Program-made: the position numbers and the translations under genes
Source of the DNA: Promethearchaeota archaeon
GTDB lineage: Archaea > Asgardarchaeota > Lokiarchaeia > Sigyniarchaeales > SOKP01
Direction of reading: 5' to 3'
DNA: 28,327 nt
Assembly: GCA_018238625.1 (NCBI GenBank)
Contig: JABCSY010000052.1
Coordinates: forward strand, 1-28,327
Part shown: one piece after another, positions 27,450 through 28,327 of the stretch
Layout: each line of letters opens with the position of its first letter
Position numbering within the stretch: position 1 is the first letter of the stretch
The notes under the pieces: model-generated
What the model saw: the letters and a program-made list of their open reading frames with translations, nothing else
Database searches by the model: none
What the model was told of the DNA's origin: nothing

Positions 27450-28327
27450 ATGACAAAATATGATTATTTTGTAGCATGTGATTTTAAAATACCAGATAAA
27501 GACGATTTAATTAACGCTATTAAAGCAGCGTTTGAAGGCACGAGCATGATTGGTTATTATGCCGATTTAGAGGTTAGAGCAAATGGAAAACATATATTTA
27601 ATAAAATTGAGGAGATGATTCATTCAACCGAATTCGGCATTTACGAAATTTCAACTAATAATCAAAACGTCAGCTTAGAATTAGGATTAGCCAAAGGAGC
27701 CAAAAAACGGTTTTATATACTCGCAAAAAAAGGCACGAAAATCCCCTCAGATTTGAAAGGAATGGATAGAATAGAATACGACGATTATCGTCAATTAACT
27801 GAAAGAATTAGGCAAAAGATTGCTCTTGTAGAAAAAAATAGGATAACGGAAAAAGAAGACACTTTATCGAATAAATACGACAACATACCAGAGAAAATCA
27901 TAATAGAAAAAGCTTACACATTGTATCAAGCTGAGGCCCTTATGCATAACTTCGGTTCAGAAATCGAAGATAAAGACGCTTCAAATAAAAAAGCTTGGTG
28001 CGCTAACCTTTCAGATAAAAACAATCACTTCATCTATGGGCCCTATAACTCGTTAGATGAATTAGGCAAATTCATAACGTATTTTAAAATCAAAATAAGC
28101 GAAAACTCTTTTCCAGGACAATTGTTATTTCTCGACGTAGTAGGGGCAGGAAAAGGAGGGAGGGTTTTGCAGAGTAAAGATTTCAAAGAGCCAAATAAAT
28201 ACGAGCTTTTTGGTATCAAATTTGGCTGCGAATCGTTAGGACCAATGGAATATAGAGTTAAGAATCTAATGCGGGAAGACATAGATGTTTGTATTGACTA
28301 TGTAGCAATAGTTAAATTTGAGAAATT
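27450..28327 (+). CDS. Partial (runs off the window): TIR/nucleoside-2-deoxyribosyltransferase-like N-terminal domain fused to a galactose-binding-like/CBM-type beta-sandwich
   Basis: Manual translation shows 292 open codons from ATG 27450: MTKYDYFVACDF..IYEISTNNQNVSLELGLAKG..IPSDLKGMDRIEY..YQAEAL..DASNKKAW..FIYGPY..FLDV..DF..F..MEYRV..IDYVAIV. Absent from the ORF track because there is no stop in the window. Confidence 0.8.
   Translation, partial: MTKYDYFVACDFKIPDKDDLINAIKAAFEGTSMIGYYADLEVRANGKHIFNKIEEMIHSTEFGIYEISTNNQNVSLELGLAKGAKKRFYILAKKGTKIPSDLKGMDRIEYDDYRQLTERIRQKIALVEKNRITEKEDTLSNKYDNIPEKIIIEKAYTLYQAEALMHNFGSEIEDKDASNKKAWCANLSDKNNHFIYGPYNSLDELGKFITYFKIKISENSFPGQLLFLDVVGAGKGGRVLQSKDFKEPNKYELFGIKFGCESLGPMEYRVKNLMREDIDVCIDYVAIVKFEK

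Noticed and set aside
28043-28282. 79-aa minus-strand ORF in the track
   Set aside because: It is antisense to the longer, motif-bearing plus-strand ORF starting at 27450.

Overview
AT-rich archaeal-looking DNA. TTG/GTG starts, oligo-T terminators, archaeal toxin-antitoxin (TA) families, MfnB and a tungsten-type AOR suggest a Lokiarchaeia-like Asgard archaeon, which is an inference. The window is a plasticity region. Left part: a nonsense-interrupted, 5'-truncated paralog of a CARDB/beta-helix surface protein, a wHTH-4Fe-4S protein, an HSL esterase, the intact surface protein, TA genes and remnants, and an EFR1-type flavodoxin-ferredoxin. Middle part: a ~9.8-kb module bounded by 180-bp direct repeats. 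It holds a REC-PAS-GAF-PAS-HisKA_2 kinase, a REC-ArsR regulator and an ArsR protein, divergent from an unusual operon of two PNPOx-like split-barrel proteins, a ferredoxin, a CCG/Fe-S protein, MfnB, a small Fe-S protein and an atypical aldehyde:ferredoxin oxidoreductase. Right part: a defence-like island with a TPR/Zn-ribbon protein, MntA-HepT, a UvrD/HelD helicase with an inserted nuclease-like domain, DUF2283-DUF4258, RHH-PIN, a stand-alone Smr domain, and a TIR/NDT-like plus carbohydrate-binding-like fusion missed by the ORF track. Short att-like sites and several gene remnants at junctions suggest cassette-like shuffling, but no recombinase is present in the window.
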